This document shows positions 53,974 to 63,716 of a stretch of DNA of 64,000 nucleotides, in pieces. Below the pieces are notes generated by a model that was not told the origin of the DNA, did not search any database, and saw nothing but the letters and a program-made list of their open reading frames with translations. The position numbers and the translations under genes are program-made. Each line of letters begins with the position of its first letter. Position 1 is the stretch's first letter. Source of the DNA: an uncultured delta proteobacterium (lineage in GTDB: Bacteria; Desulfobacterota; Binatia; UBA9968); the NCBI GenBank assembly GCA_963745035.1, contig CAVUVW010000025.1, positions 96,001 through 160,000 on the forward strand, written 5' to 3'.

Positions 53974-54036
53974 GTTCGTTTATCGAAATATAAATTATTT
54001 GTCAAGCCTAATGAATAATTATTAGCTACAGCTAAA
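53974..54036 (-). promoter_or_regulatory. sigma70 promoter with two 16-bp operator-like boxes
   Basis: -35 TTGACA at 54000-54005. Boxes GTTCGTTTATCGAAAT (53974-53989) and ATTAGCTACAGCTAAA (54021-54036). Confidence 0.65.
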
Positions 54037-54253
54037 TCTAATCTATAAGTTGTTGATCAATATTAGTTATCTATATTTCTCTGCATCACTGGGGCGGAGC
54101 GGAATCACCACGCGTGCGCTTGCAGCGGCGGCATTTGATCTCGACCCCGTCCGGCACCACGCGCGCCAGCAGGCTGCCGCAATGGCAGCGCAGCGCATCA
54201 TTTTCGCGCATCGCCGTCTCTCGACTGCCGCTCGCCTTGTCTCGCGCGCGCAT

Positions 54254-56215
54254 CTACGCCACCGCCTTCCGGCGTTCGAGCGCCATCCATAGCGAGCTGG
54301 CGATAAACACGCAGAGCAACAGCGCCTGCGCCGCCAGGGTCTCCATCGTCGGATAGATGCCGAGCACCGGCACGGCAGGTGGAAAATCGAGCGGCGTCGC
54401 CGGAACCCAGCCGGCCGCCTGCAACTGATTGATGCCGGTGCCGGCGAAGATAAAAGCCATGATGTAGAGCAGAGTACCGGTGCCGGCGAAGAAGTATTTG
54501 AGCGGCATGCGCAGGCCGAGTTTGAAGATCGCAAAGGTCGCCGCGAGCATGGCAATGAGACCCGCGGCGAAGCCGAAGAGGATGGCATTGTGGCTGTTCT
54601 GGTTTTGCAGCCAGAGCGCCTGATAGAAAAGCACCACCTCGAAGGCTTCGCGATACACGGCGAAGAAAGAGATGCCGACCAAGCCAAGAATGCTCTTGCT
54701 CGAAAGCACGTTTTGGACTTTGTCCTGGATGAACGCCTGCCAGCGCCTGGCTTCGCTGCGCGTGTGCAGCCAGTAGCCGACGTAGAAGAGCGCCGCCGCG
54801 GCGAAGATCGAGATGAAGCCCTCCATGCTTTCGCGATGCTGGCCGCTGAACGTGAGCACCGTCTGGGCGGCGAGCCAGGTGACGACCCCGGCCAAGAGCG
54901 CGAGGATCCAGCCGAAGTGGATGTAGCGAACGGCGTGCGTCGCGCCCATGACTCGAAGCATGGCGATGATGGCGGCGAGAATCAGCGCCGCCTCGAGACC
55001 TTCGCGCAAAATGATCAGCGCCGAATTGAGAAACGCATAGTAGCCGGCGAAATCACTGGTCTCGCCCAGCATCTGCGCCGCCCGGTCTAGTCCGGTCTCG
55101 ATCTCCAGGCGCTGCTTGTGAATCTCGTCCTTCGAAACTCCCTGGCGGATCGAATTGCGAAACTGCGTGAACTGGGCTTCGAGAGATCGTCCCAGAGATG
55201 CGTCCTTGGCGAAGAGCGCCGGCTCGGCCATTTCGAAGCCGTCGAGGTAGGCCTCTATCGCTTTCTGATAGGCTTTCTCTTTGTCGCCTTGGCTGTAGAT
55301 CGTCGCGGCTTCGCCGAGCAGGGTACGGGCGATCAGCAGCGGATCGGTGGATTTCTTCTCCAAAAGGCCGCGCCTGAGATAGGCGAGCATTTCATTTACC
55401 GGCGCACCCGGGAGACTTTTCTTGATTTTCTCGGTGAGCTCATCATCGGACGAGGTCGCCAAGGTCGCAATGCTCGTAAGATCGGCCGGCGGGGTTTTGC
55501 CCTTCAGCCATGCCTCCCCCGTATTGGCCGCATCGGCGGGAAATCGCAGCGCCATCACGTAGAAGGCGACTTGCCAGCGCTGGTCGTCCGGCAGCGCCGC
55601 GAAAGACGCCATCGCCGTGTTGTCGATGCCGAACGTGGTGGTGTTATAGACTTTGAAAGGCGAGAGCCCCGCCATGAAATCCGCGTCGGTGAAATTGGCC
55701 GGCGGCGGGGTCTTTGGATTCATCGACTCGCGGCCGGGACCGTCGCCTTTGCCGCTGTCGCCGTGGCACTGCGCGCAATTCTGCATGTAAACTGGTTTCG
55801 CGCCCGCGAAGTTGGGCAGCGCATTGGGGTAAGTCGCGATGGAGTAGGTCTTGATCAAGCGCTCTTTGATCTGCTGCGCCAACTGCGGCACCGCGTCGTC
55901 GCCGGTCTTGTTTTTTATGTGCGCGGCGAGCGCGTGTAGATCTTTTTCGATGCCCGCCTTGTCGCCTTCGGCGGATTTGAGCTGCTTGAACAGCTCCAGG
56001 CTGCGCGCGGAAAACTCGGTCATCTCCGTATACTCGTCCGCGTTGACGACTTTGCCGTCTTGCACGGCGTTCCGATAATCGCCGCCGATATAGTCGATCA
56101 AAGCGACGACCCTTTTCGCCTCGTCGGCCGCCCACAAAGCGGGGCTGTGCGCCAAGAGCATCAGCAAGGCGCCGAGGAGCGCTTTCCTGCTGCGGGAACA
56201 AATAGTTGGCACCAT
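54254..56215 (-). CDS. Cytochrome c / FTR1-family iron permease (PbrT-like)
   Basis: Heme motif CAQCH, FTR1 motifs REGLE and REAFE, N-terminal LIDYIGGDY...EYTEM. Confidence 0.92.
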   Translation of the reverse strand: MVPTICSRSRKALLGALLMLLAHSPALWAADEAKRVVALIDYIGGDYRNAVQDGKVVNADEYTEMTEFSARSLELFKQLKSAEGDKAGIEKDLHALAAHIKNKTGDDAVPQLAQQIKERLIKTYSIATYPNALPNFAGAKPVYMQNCAQCHGDSGKGDGPGRESMNPKTPPPANFTDADFMAGLSPFKVYNTTTFGIDNTAMASFAALPDDQRWQVAFYVMALRFPADAANTGEAWLKGKTPPADLTSIATLATSSDDELTEKIKKSLPGAPVNEMLAYLRRGLLEKKSTDPLLIARTLLGEAATIYSQGDKEKAYQKAIEAYLDGFEMAEPALFAKDASLGRSLEAQFTQFRNSIRQGVSKDEIHKQRLEIETGLDRAAQMLGETSDFAGYYAFLNSALIILREGLEAALILAAIIAMLRVMGATHAVRYIHFGWILALLAGVVTWLAAQTVLTFSGQHRESMEGFISIFAAAALFYVGYWLHTRSEARRWQAFIQDKVQNVLSSKSILGLVGISFFAVYREAFEVVLFYQALWLQNQNSHNAILFGFAAGLIAMLAATFAIFKLGLRMPLKYFFAGTGTLLYIMAFIFAGTGINQLQAAGWVPATPLDFPPAVPVLGIYPTMETLAAQALLLCVFIASSLWMALERRKAVA

Positions 56216-56227
56216 GGAAGTCACGGC

Positions 56228-56259
56228 ATTCGTATATGCAAATGAAAAAAGTTTGTCAA
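56228..56259 (-). promoter_or_regulatory. sigma70 promoter with 16-bp operator box
   Basis: TTGACA at 56254-56259. Box ATTCGTATATGCAAAT (56228-56243) covers the -10 position. Confidence 0.65.
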
Positions 56260-56435
56260 ATCATCCGACGCTTCACAACCGGCACTCTTTTTGGCGCTTA
56301 GCTTCGGCTATCGGGATGCTCGTAAATCCAAGCAAAATAACTGCGAGGCGGGCTTTAGAAAATTTTCAGAAGTAACCCGGACGCTTCCGCGGGTTGAGGG
56401 ATCATGCTGCTCACCGCAAAGAACTGGAACGGGGG

Positions 56436-58130
56436 CTAGGACGACTTATTGAGACTCGAGCGGGCGATCTGGCGCGAGAGCAGGATGAGCGGCAGCAAAG
56501 CGATGCCCACCATCACCAGCGACGGCACGGCGGCTTCGGCAATGCGCTCGTCTTTGGCGAGATTATAGGCTTCGACCGCCAAGGTATCGAAGTTGAACGG
56601 CCGCATAGCGAAGGTGGCGGGCAGTTCTTTCATGACGTCGACGAACACGAGCAGCGCCGCGGTGGCGAGACTGCCCCACACGATCGGCACGTGCACGCGC
56701 GCCAGGGTGCGCGCCGGCGAGAGGCCGAGGCTGCGCGCGGCGTCGTCCATCGACAGCGTCACCCGCGTGAGCCCGGCCTCGACGGTTTGAAACGCGACGG
56801 CGAGAAAGCGCACGACGTAGGCGTAGACCAGCGCGGTCATCGAACCGGTGAGCAGCAGGCCGGTCTTGATACCGAATTGCTCTTGCGTCCAGGCGGCGAG
56901 GAGATTATCGAATTTTCCCAGTGGTAAGAGAATGCCGACGGCGATGACCGCGCCGGGGAGAGCATAGCCGAGCACGGCGAGCCGGTTGGCGCCGTGGACC
57001 AGCGGATGCTTGACGGTCCGCGCGGCATAGGCGAGCAGCAAGGCCACGATCACGGCGGCCAGGGCGGCGACTCCGGCCAAGGTGAAGGTGTTCATTACCA
57101 ATCCGTAGATCCGCGCGCTGAAGCGCGCGAGAGGGTCGGCGGCGGCAAGCTTGATCAGGACCGCGGCGGGCACGAGAAACCCGAAGGTGACGGGGACAGC
57201 GCAGGTGATCCAAGCGGCCGCGGCGGCGCCGCCGCGCAGCGGTTGAGGCGGCATCGGCGTGCGCTTGGCTGCATAGCGGGCACCGCCCCGATGCCGCCGC
57301 TCCAAAGAAAGCATCAGAAGGACGAATACCAAAAGGCAGGTGGCGAGTTGACCCGCCGCAACCGGGTCGCCGAGCGACAACCAGGCGCGATAGATGCCGG
57401 CGGTGAACGTATTTACGGCGAAGTAGGACACCGTGCCGAAGTCGGCGAGCGCCTCCATGAGCGCCAAGGCGGTGCCGGCGACGATGCCGGTGCGCGCCAG
57501 CGGCAGTGCCACTCGCCAGAATCTGCCCCAGGCACCGTAGCCGGCGAGCCGCGCCGCTTCCATGGTCGTGCGCGACTGTTCGAGAAAGGCGTTACGCGCC
57601 AGTAGATAGACGTAGGGGTAAAGCGCGAACGACAACATAGCCGCAGCGCCGGGCAGGGAGCGGATCTCCGGAAACCAATACTCGCGCACTTTCCAGCCGG
57701 TGAGATCGCGCAGCAGTGCCTGCACCGGTCCGGCCGCCTGCAGCCAGTCTGTATAAGCGTAAGCCATGACGTAGGCCGGCATCGCCAGCGGCAGGAGCAG
57801 CGCCCACTCAAGAAACCGTTGGCCGGGAAAGCGATAGGCGGTGACTAGCCAGGCCGCGCTCACTCCAAAAAAGATCACCCCCACCGCCACCAGAGAAATC
57901 AACAGCAGTGTGTTCCAGATGTACTCGGGTAGAACGGTGGATAGAAGATGGGGCCAGGTGGCTTCGCTCGGTAGAAAGACGTTGAACACGACCGCGGCGA
58001 TGGGCGCGAGCACGAGTACTGCGGTGAGCACCGACACCCGACCCAGCCAGCCGAGCCGGGCGACGGTGAGACCGTTGGAGATCCGGTCAAGGACAGCGAC
58101 GGCGCCGGTCATCGTTCGCGGTGAGTCCAA
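56436..58130 (-). CDS. fbpB: Fe(III) ABC transporter permease
   Basis: Motifs LPLAMPAYV, LYPYVYL, EALADFG, DVMKELPAT, FDTLAV. Confidence 0.9.
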   Translation of the reverse strand: MDSPRTMTGAVAVLDRISNGLTVARLGWLGRVSVLTAVLVLAPIAAVVFNVFLPSEATWPHLLSTVLPEYIWNTLLLISLVAVGVIFFGVSAAWLVTAYRFPGQRFLEWALLLPLAMPAYVMAYAYTDWLQAAGPVQALLRDLTGWKVREYWFPEIRSLPGAAAMLSFALYPYVYLLARNAFLEQSRTTMEAARLAGYGAWGRFWRVALPLARTGIVAGTALALMEALADFGTVSYFAVNTFTAGIYRAWLSLGDPVAAGQLATCLLVFVLLMLSLERRHRGGARYAAKRTPMPPQPLRGGAAAAAWITCAVPVTFGFLVPAAVLIKLAAADPLARFSARIYGLVMNTFTLAGVAALAAVIVALLLAYAARTVKHPLVHGANRLAVLGYALPGAVIAVGILLPLGKFDNLLAAWTQEQFGIKTGLLLTGSMTALVYAYVVRFLAVAFQTVEAGLTRVTLSMDDAARSLGLSPARTLARVHVPIVWGSLATAALLVFVDVMKELPATFAMRPFNFDTLAVEAYNLAKDERIAEAAVPSLVMVGIALLPLILLSRQIARSSLNKSS

Positions 58131-58151
58131 GCCGGCATGGATATGCCTTGG

Positions 58152-59207
58152 CTATTTCCAGCCGACTTTGTCGGCGATGCGCTGAGCGGCGGCTTGGGAT
58201 TTGCCGAGGTTCGCCAGCGGCAGCGAATCGGTTTTGAATTGACCTAGCGATTCGAGAGCCGGGTTATTCAGCTTGGCGCCTTTGACGATTGGCCACTCGT
58301 TGTTCCCGTTGGCGAACAGGGTCTGCGCCGAGTCGCTCGCCAGGTATTCGAGGAATTTGACCCCGGCGTCCCGATTCGGCGCACTCTGCAGCAGGCCGCC
58401 GCCGGAGATATTGATGTGGGTGCCGCGGTCCGCCTGGTTGGGCCAAATGATGCCCACTTTTTCGACCAGGGCCCGCTCTTCTGGTTTCTCCGAGCGCATC
58501 ATACGGAGATAATAGTAATGATTGGAGATCGCGATGGAGCACTCGCCGACCTCAACCCCTTTGAGTTGGTCGGTATCGCCTCCCCGCGGCGGCCGGGCGA
58601 GATTCGCCGTGACGCCACGCGCCCAGTCCGTGGCTTTCTCTTCGCCAAGATGGCTGATCAGGCTGGATATCAGCGAAAGATTATAAGGATGGCTGCTGGG
58701 ACGAACGCAAATCTGACCTTTCCACTTGGCGTTGGCCAGATCCTCGTAACGCGCCAGTTCGGCCGGCTTGATTTTGCTTTTGTCGTAAGCGATCACACGC
58801 GCGCGCGCGGAGAAGCCGAACCACTTGTTGTCGGCGCCGCGCGACGCGGCCGGTATGCGCTTGTCGATCGTCTCTGATTTCAGCGGCGCGAAGATGCCGG
58901 CTTGCTCGGCGCGCCAGAGGCGGGCGGCGTCCACGGTCAAAAAGACGTCCGCCGGGCTATTGGCACCTTCCGCTTTGATGCGCTCGAAAAGCGCGTCCTC
59001 GCCGCCTTCGATACGGTTGATCTTGATGCCGGTCGCTTTGGTATAGCCGGTGTAAAACGCCTCGTCGGTCGAGTAGTGCCGCGCGGTATAAAGGTTGAGC
59101 ACTTTTTCTTGGGCGGCCGATTCACCGGCAAAGAAGGCGGCGAAGACGAACATTGCGGCGAACAAAGTCTTCGCGCGCGCTTGACCCGGTTCCGTTAAAA
59201 ATTGCAT
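58152..59207 (-). CDS. fbpA: Fe(III) ABC transporter substrate-binding protein (FutA/FbpA)
   Basis: Motifs YTARHY, SPADVFLTVDA, GGDTDQL, NHYY (Tyr ligands), GTHINISG. SD AGGAGG. Confidence 0.9.
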   Translation of the reverse strand: MQFLTEPGQARAKTLFAAMFVFAAFFAGESAAQEKVLNLYTARHYSTDEAFYTGYTKATGIKINRIEGGEDALFERIKAEGANSPADVFLTVDAARLWRAEQAGIFAPLKSETIDKRIPAASRGADNKWFGFSARARVIAYDKSKIKPAELARYEDLANAKWKGQICVRPSSHPYNLSLISSLISHLGEEKATDWARGVTANLARPPRGGDTDQLKGVEVGECSIAISNHYYYLRMMRSEKPEERALVEKVGIIWPNQADRGTHINISGGGLLQSAPNRDAGVKFLEYLASDSAQTLFANGNNEWPIVKGAKLNNPALESLGQFKTDSLPLANLGKSQAAAQRIADKVGWK

Positions 59208-59311
59208 TGCTAGATCCTCCTGAGCCAATGCTCCGAAAAATGTTTAGGAGCGGACAATATCAATTGTAAGACGATGGCACTGGTTCACTTTTGTATCACC
59301 CAAAACTCGAT

Positions 59312-59343
59312 ATTCGAATAGTGAAATAATATATCTTTGTCAA
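59312..59343 (-). promoter_or_regulatory. sigma70 promoter with 16-bp operator box
   Basis: TTGACA at 59338-59343. Box ATTCGAATAGTGAAAT (59312-59327). Confidence 0.65.
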
Positions 59344-59563
59344 GACCGACCAAAGTTCTGCTAACGTGCGTTCCGCCAAGGTCGTACCGTGCCAATAGCT
59401 GCCACAGAGCGATGTGATCTCATCTCCAGGACCGCTGCCTGCGGCGAAGTTTCTCATTAATATGAAATGAATAGAGGTGAGCCGACGGCTTGAGGAGAAT
59501 CGTCGCTAAGGCGAACTGACGCTCGGCGCCACGGACGCTATCCCTTGCGCGTAATTACCTTGC

Positions 59564-60616
59564 TTAGTTGCCGTTCTCAGTGGACGGGACAGGGAAGACG
59601 ACGACGTTGGGCAGATGGACTTCTACGGGGACTTGGTGCCCCACCGGCCAGTGAACGGGCCGGCGCTGCTCCAAATGGACGGTCGATCCGGAAGGAAGAC
59701 GCAGCCGGTAAAGAATCTCACCGCCGAGAAACTCACGCTCCTCCACGGTGGCCAGGATGCCGCCAGCTTTGGTATTCACCGACTCGTGCCGAATCATCAC
59801 TTTCACAGGTCCGGCGGGGAAATCAGGCGGCGAAGGAAAAACGCCTATCTCGGTACGGACCTCGCTCCCCAAAATCACTCCCGGAATGAAATCCGCATGG
59901 CCGACAAAGTTGGCGACGAAGGGCGTGGTCGGTGAATAGTAAATGTCCTCCGGCGTGCCGACTTGCTGGACTTCACCGTTTCGGATCACGGCGACCTGGT
60001 CGGCCATCCCGAGGGCTTCTTCCTGGTCGTGGGTGACAAGCACCGCTGCCGTACCCAAATGGCGCAAGATTCGCGCGACTTCCCGGCGCATCTGCGGCCG
60101 CAGATCGGGATCCAAACCGTTAAAGGGCTCATCCAGAAGAACCACACCGGGGCGCGGGGCGAGCGCCCGCGCCAAAGCGACGCGCTGCTGTTGACCACCG
60201 GACAACTCGTGCGGATAGCGCTCGCCGTAGGGAAACAGCTCAGTCAACCGCAGCAGCTCTTCGACCCGACTTTGACGAGCGCTTTTACTGCCGTTGCGCA
60301 GGCCGAAGCGCACGTTTTGCGCCACGGTCAAGTGCGGGAAGAGGGCGTAGTCTTGGAAAACCATGCCGACGCCGCGTTCTTCAGCGGGCACCCAAACGGC
60401 GGCGGCGACGTCGACCATTGCGCGGTCGTTAATAACGACTCGTCCCTCGTCCGGACGCTCGAATCCGGCAATCAGCCTGAGCAGCGTCGTCTTGCCCGAA
60501 CCGGACGGGCCCAGGAGAGCGAGGATTTCGCCAGAGGCAACCTGCAAGTCGCAATTTTTTACCGCGACGGTTTGGTCGTAACGCTTGCTGACGCGATGGA
60601 CTTCGATGACCGCCAT
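59564..60616 (-). CDS. fbpC: Fe(III) ABC transporter ATP-binding subunit
   Basis: Motifs GPSGSGKTT, FQDYALFPHL, LSGGQQQR, THDQEEA, TOBE tail. Adjacent to fbpAB. Confidence 0.85.
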   Translation of the reverse strand: MAVIEVHRVSKRYDQTVAVKNCDLQVASGEILALLGPSGSGKTTLLRLIAGFERPDEGRVVINDRAMVDVAAAVWVPAEERGVGMVFQDYALFPHLTVAQNVRFGLRNGSKSARQSRVEELLRLTELFPYGERYPHELSGGQQQRVALARALAPRPGVVLLDEPFNGLDPDLRPQMRREVARILRHLGTAAVLVTHDQEEALGMADQVAVIRNGEVQQVGTPEDIYYSPTTPFVANFVGHADFIPGVILGSEVRTEIGVFPSPPDFPAGPVKVMIRHESVNTKAGGILATVEEREFLGGEILYRLRLPSGSTVHLEQRRPVHWPVGHQVPVEVHLPNVVVFPVPSTENGN

Positions 60617-60715
60617 GGGTGCCCCGTCCGGGATAAATACCTGAAACAGGTGGACAGTTCCAGATGACCGTTCGCGCTTCGCTCCCCTTTCGCACGGTGA
60701 AGAAGAAATCCGCGT

Positions 60716-60760
60716 GTTCGCCCAGGCTAACTTGAACTTCACATATTCCTGCAATAACAT
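60716..60760 (+). promoter_or_regulatory. Putative promoter of the DtxR-family gene with adjacent operator box
   Basis: Box GTTCGCCCAGGCTAAC (60716-60731) is followed by TTGAAC-N17-TAACAT. Confidence 0.5.
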
Positions 60761-60832
60761 GCCGTCGTTGTTCGAAGAGGATTCGACAGCAAAAACCCAA
60801 GCCGCGTTTTTCGCTGAGGAATTGTCACGCTA

Positions 60833-61498
60833 ATGGAACCGCATAAAGTAACGCACGCGCTGGAGGATTATCTGAAGGCGATCTACCAGCTTTCAGAGGA
60901 AGCGCGTCCGGTGATCGCCGCGCGGATCGCCGCGGAGACAGGCGTGTCCGCGTCGACGATTTTCGCCACTTTGCGCCGTCTGGCCAAAGAAGGCTATGTG
61001 ACCATCAACCGACGCAAGGAAATTCACTTGACCAACGACGGCAAACGGGTCGCGGAGAACATTGTCCGGCGCCATTTTCTGACCGAGCGGTTTCTTACCG
61101 ACTTGCTGGGGCTCGATTGGGTCAAGGCGCACCAGGAAGCGCATCGCCTCGAACATGCGATCTCTCAAGAAGTGGAGGAGCGCCTGGCAAAATTGCTCAG
61201 CCACCCGACCACCTGTCCGCACGGCAATCCGATCCCCGGAGCAAGCAAGACCCCGGCTCCGAAGACCATGCCGCTCAATGAAGCCGTCGATGGACAGCAT
61301 GTCGAGCTCGATTATATTACCGAGGGAGGAGAGCGAGATGTGCGGCTCTTAAGCTATCTGCAGGATCATGGACTGCGGCCGGGCGCGAAAGTTCATGTAG
61401 TCGATGTTGCGCCCTCACTCGGCATGATGACCTTGAAGGTAGACGGCGATCAGTTTTCGTTGGGGATTGAGGCGGCCAAGAAAATCCGCGTCCATTGA
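60833..61498 (+). CDS. DtxR/IdeR/MntR-family metal-dependent repressor with FeoA domain
   Basis: Motifs EDYLKAIY, RRHFLTERFL, HQEAHRLEH, CPHGNPIP, C-terminal GLRPGA FeoA/SH3 domain. Confidence 0.92.
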   Translation: MEPHKVTHALEDYLKAIYQLSEEARPVIAARIAAETGVSASTIFATLRRLAKEGYVTINRRKEIHLTNDGKRVAENIVRRHFLTERFLTDLLGLDWVKAHQEAHRLEHAISQEVEERLAKLLSHPTTCPHGNPIPGASKTPAPKTMPLNEAVDGQHVELDYITEGGERDVRLLSYLQDHGLRPGAKVHVVDVAPSLGMMTLKVDGDQFSLGIEAAKKIRVH

Positions 61499-61521
61499 AC
61501 GCGAACCTTGGCGTTAATTTT

Positions 61522-61800
61522 TTAAGAATCGTCCGGAATAACTTGCGCCGCTTGCGAGACCGACTCTGCGCCGGTTTCCCGTTCGGCCAATTCACCGGTG
61601 AGAAATTCGATTTGATCGCCGATGCGCGCGTCGCGGTCGATCAAGATCACGTCCTGCCCTTTGAACCGGCAGCTGCCACTCCTGGCGCGATACCCCGACT
61701 CGCGCAGAAGCTTCTCGGTGCGCACCTGGATATTGCGCCGCCGGGCGCTGAGAATGAGGTCCTGCAGACGGGCTTCCTGTTTGTTTTTTGGCGGGGCCAT
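61522..61800 (-). CDS. Hypothetical protein (92 aa)
   Basis: Protein-like sequence VRTEKL...SGSCRFKGQDVILID. Fills the gap between two plus-strand genes. Confidence 0.6.
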   Translation of the reverse strand: MAPPKNKQEARLQDLILSARRRNIQVRTEKLLRESGYRARSGSCRFKGQDVILIDRDARIGDQIEFLTGELAERETGAESVSQAAQVIPDDS

Positions 61801-61967
61801 CGATGGATAAATCGCTCAGCGGATTATCTACAAATTCTCCTCTTTTGTAAACTGTCTCGAGGGTTTTTCCTTGCAAAAAGGACGTTCCCTGTTATCGTAC
61901 ACGCGCGGAGTCGTCCGTTTATTGAGCGGGATCGTGTCGTCACTCGGTCGCCTAATCGGAGGTAGAT

Positions 61968-62804
61968 ATGTTTAAGAACGTCCTGGTGCCGGTGGACGGT
62001 TCGGAACATTCGCAGGCGGCGGTCGACTACGCGCTTTGGATCACGCAAAAATTCGACGGCACGCTGTTCGGCCAGCATATTGTCGACACCATCTCCCTCG
62101 AAGGGACGTTTTTTCACGACATCTCCGGTTCTCTCGGGTTCGAGCCTTATCTGGATTTCTCCAGCAAGATGCGCGAAATCCTCGACGAGCGCGGCAAGAC
62201 CATCCTCGACGACTTCGCCGCCCGCTGCGAGAAGCAAAAAGTTCGCTACACGACTTTTCTCGACATGGGTCTGATCGCCAACGAAATCTGCGAGCGCGCC
62301 AAGGTCGCCGATCTGGTGGTGATCGGCCACCGCGGCGTCAACGAGGAATTCTCGACCGGCCTGCTCGGCACGACCGCGGAAACCATCACCCGAAAATGCC
62401 CGCGGCCGATTTTCGTTTCGACCAAGCAATTCACCTCCATTGAAAACCCGCTGCTGGCTTACGACGGCAGCCAGCGCGCCAGCTCGGCGATGGAGTCGGC
62501 CGCCGAATTCTGCGCGAGACTCGGTCTGCCGCTCACCGTGCTCACGGTCGCCAAGGACGACGCCATCGCGCGCAATAATCTCCAGCAGGCACGCTCGTAT
62601 CTGTCCAGTTACGCGATCGAAACCAGTTATGAAAGCGTGCAGGGCTATCCGGAGCAAAAAATCATTGAGCATCTCGTAAACCACCGTCATGACCTGCTTT
62701 TCATCGGCGCCTACGGTCACCGGCGGATCATCGAAATGGTTCTCGGCAGCACGACCGAGTACGTGCTGCGCAACGCTCCGTGCCCGGTGTTTCTCAATCG
62801 ATAA
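61968..62804 (+). CDS. Tandem universal stress protein
   Basis: Motifs VLVPVDGS, DLVVIGHRG, LGTTAE, LAYDGS, GAYGH, LGSTTEYVLR. Confidence 0.92.
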   Translation: MFKNVLVPVDGSEHSQAAVDYALWITQKFDGTLFGQHIVDTISLEGTFFHDISGSLGFEPYLDFSSKMREILDERGKTILDDFAARCEKQKVRYTTFLDMGLIANEICERAKVADLVVIGHRGVNEEFSTGLLGTTAETITRKCPRPIFVSTKQFTSIENPLLAYDGSQRASSAMESAAEFCARLGLPLTVLTVAKDDAIARNNLQQARSYLSSYAIETSYESVQGYPEQKIIEHLVNHRHDLLFIGAYGHRRIIEMVLGSTTEYVLRNAPCPVFLNR

Positions 62805-62822
62805 TTCAAGGTTCCAAACACC

Positions 62823-63629
62823 GTGAAATTTCTTGCTGCCGCCGTTCAGATGGTCGCCTCCGATGACAAGGCGGCCAATCTGAAAGAAGCCGAGCGCTGG
62901 GTGCGCCGAGCCGCAGGCCAAGGAGCCAGCCTCGTTGCGCTGCCGGAAGTTTTCATCTGGCGCGGCGGCAAAAAGTCGGAGAGGGAAAACGCCGAAGCGA
63001 TTGCCGGCCCGACGTCGGACGCCATGGCGGCGCTCGCCGCCGAGTTAAAAATCTATCTCCTCGCCGGATCGATTCTTGAAGCGATTCCCGGGAGCGAAAA
63101 GTCTTTCAACACGAGCCTACTCTTCGATCGGTCCGGCAAGATCGTCGCCGCCTACCGGAAGATCCATCTTTTCGATGTCGATCTCGCCAACGGCTTGTCG
63201 CTGCGCGAATCCGCCACGCGCGCCCATGGCGAAGCCGTCGCCGTGGCGCGAAGCGAGCTTTGCGCGATGGGGCTGAGCGTCTGCTACGATCTCCGTTTTC
63301 CCGAGCTTTATCGCGACTTGGCGAGAGAAGGAGCGGAGCTTATTTTCGTGCCCGCGGCGTTCACCGCGTTTACCGGAGCGGCACATTGGCGCCCATTGCT
63401 GCGCGCCCGCGCGATCGAAAATCAAGTTTATGTCGTCGCGCCGGCCCAGTTTGGTCAGAGCCGCGCCAGCTTCGAAACCCACGGCCACACGATGATCGTC
63501 GATCCGTGGGGAAAAATTCTCGCTGAGCTGGCCGACGGTGCCGGGATCGTCACTGCCGAAATTGATTTGGATTACCTGGAGAAAGTGCGCGCCGAGCTGC
63601 CGGCGTTGAAGCATCGAAGGCTGATTTGA
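62823..63629 (+). CDS. Carbon-nitrogen hydrolase (Nit1/deaminated glutathione amidase-like)
   Basis: Glu-Lys-Cys triad in LPE, YRKIHLFD, VCYDLRFPE. Also RARAIENQ and GHTMIVDPWG. Confidence 0.9.
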   Translation: MKFLAAAVQMVASDDKAANLKEAERWVRRAAGQGASLVALPEVFIWRGGKKSERENAEAIAGPTSDAMAALAAELKIYLLAGSILEAIPGSEKSFNTSLLFDRSGKIVAAYRKIHLFDVDLANGLSLRESATRAHGEAVAVARSELCAMGLSVCYDLRFPELYRDLAREGAELIFVPAAFTAFTGAAHWRPLLRARAIENQVYVVAPAQFGQSRASFETHGHTMIVDPWGKILAELADGAGIVTAEIDLDYLEKVRAELPALKHRRLI

Positions 63630-63716
63630 CCTGCAATTCAAGCGCCTCGGTCGGAATTTGCAACCGGCCGAGTGCTGCCTCGCAATCGGTAAGGTGCCCT
63701 GCTCTCGAAGCGGCGA

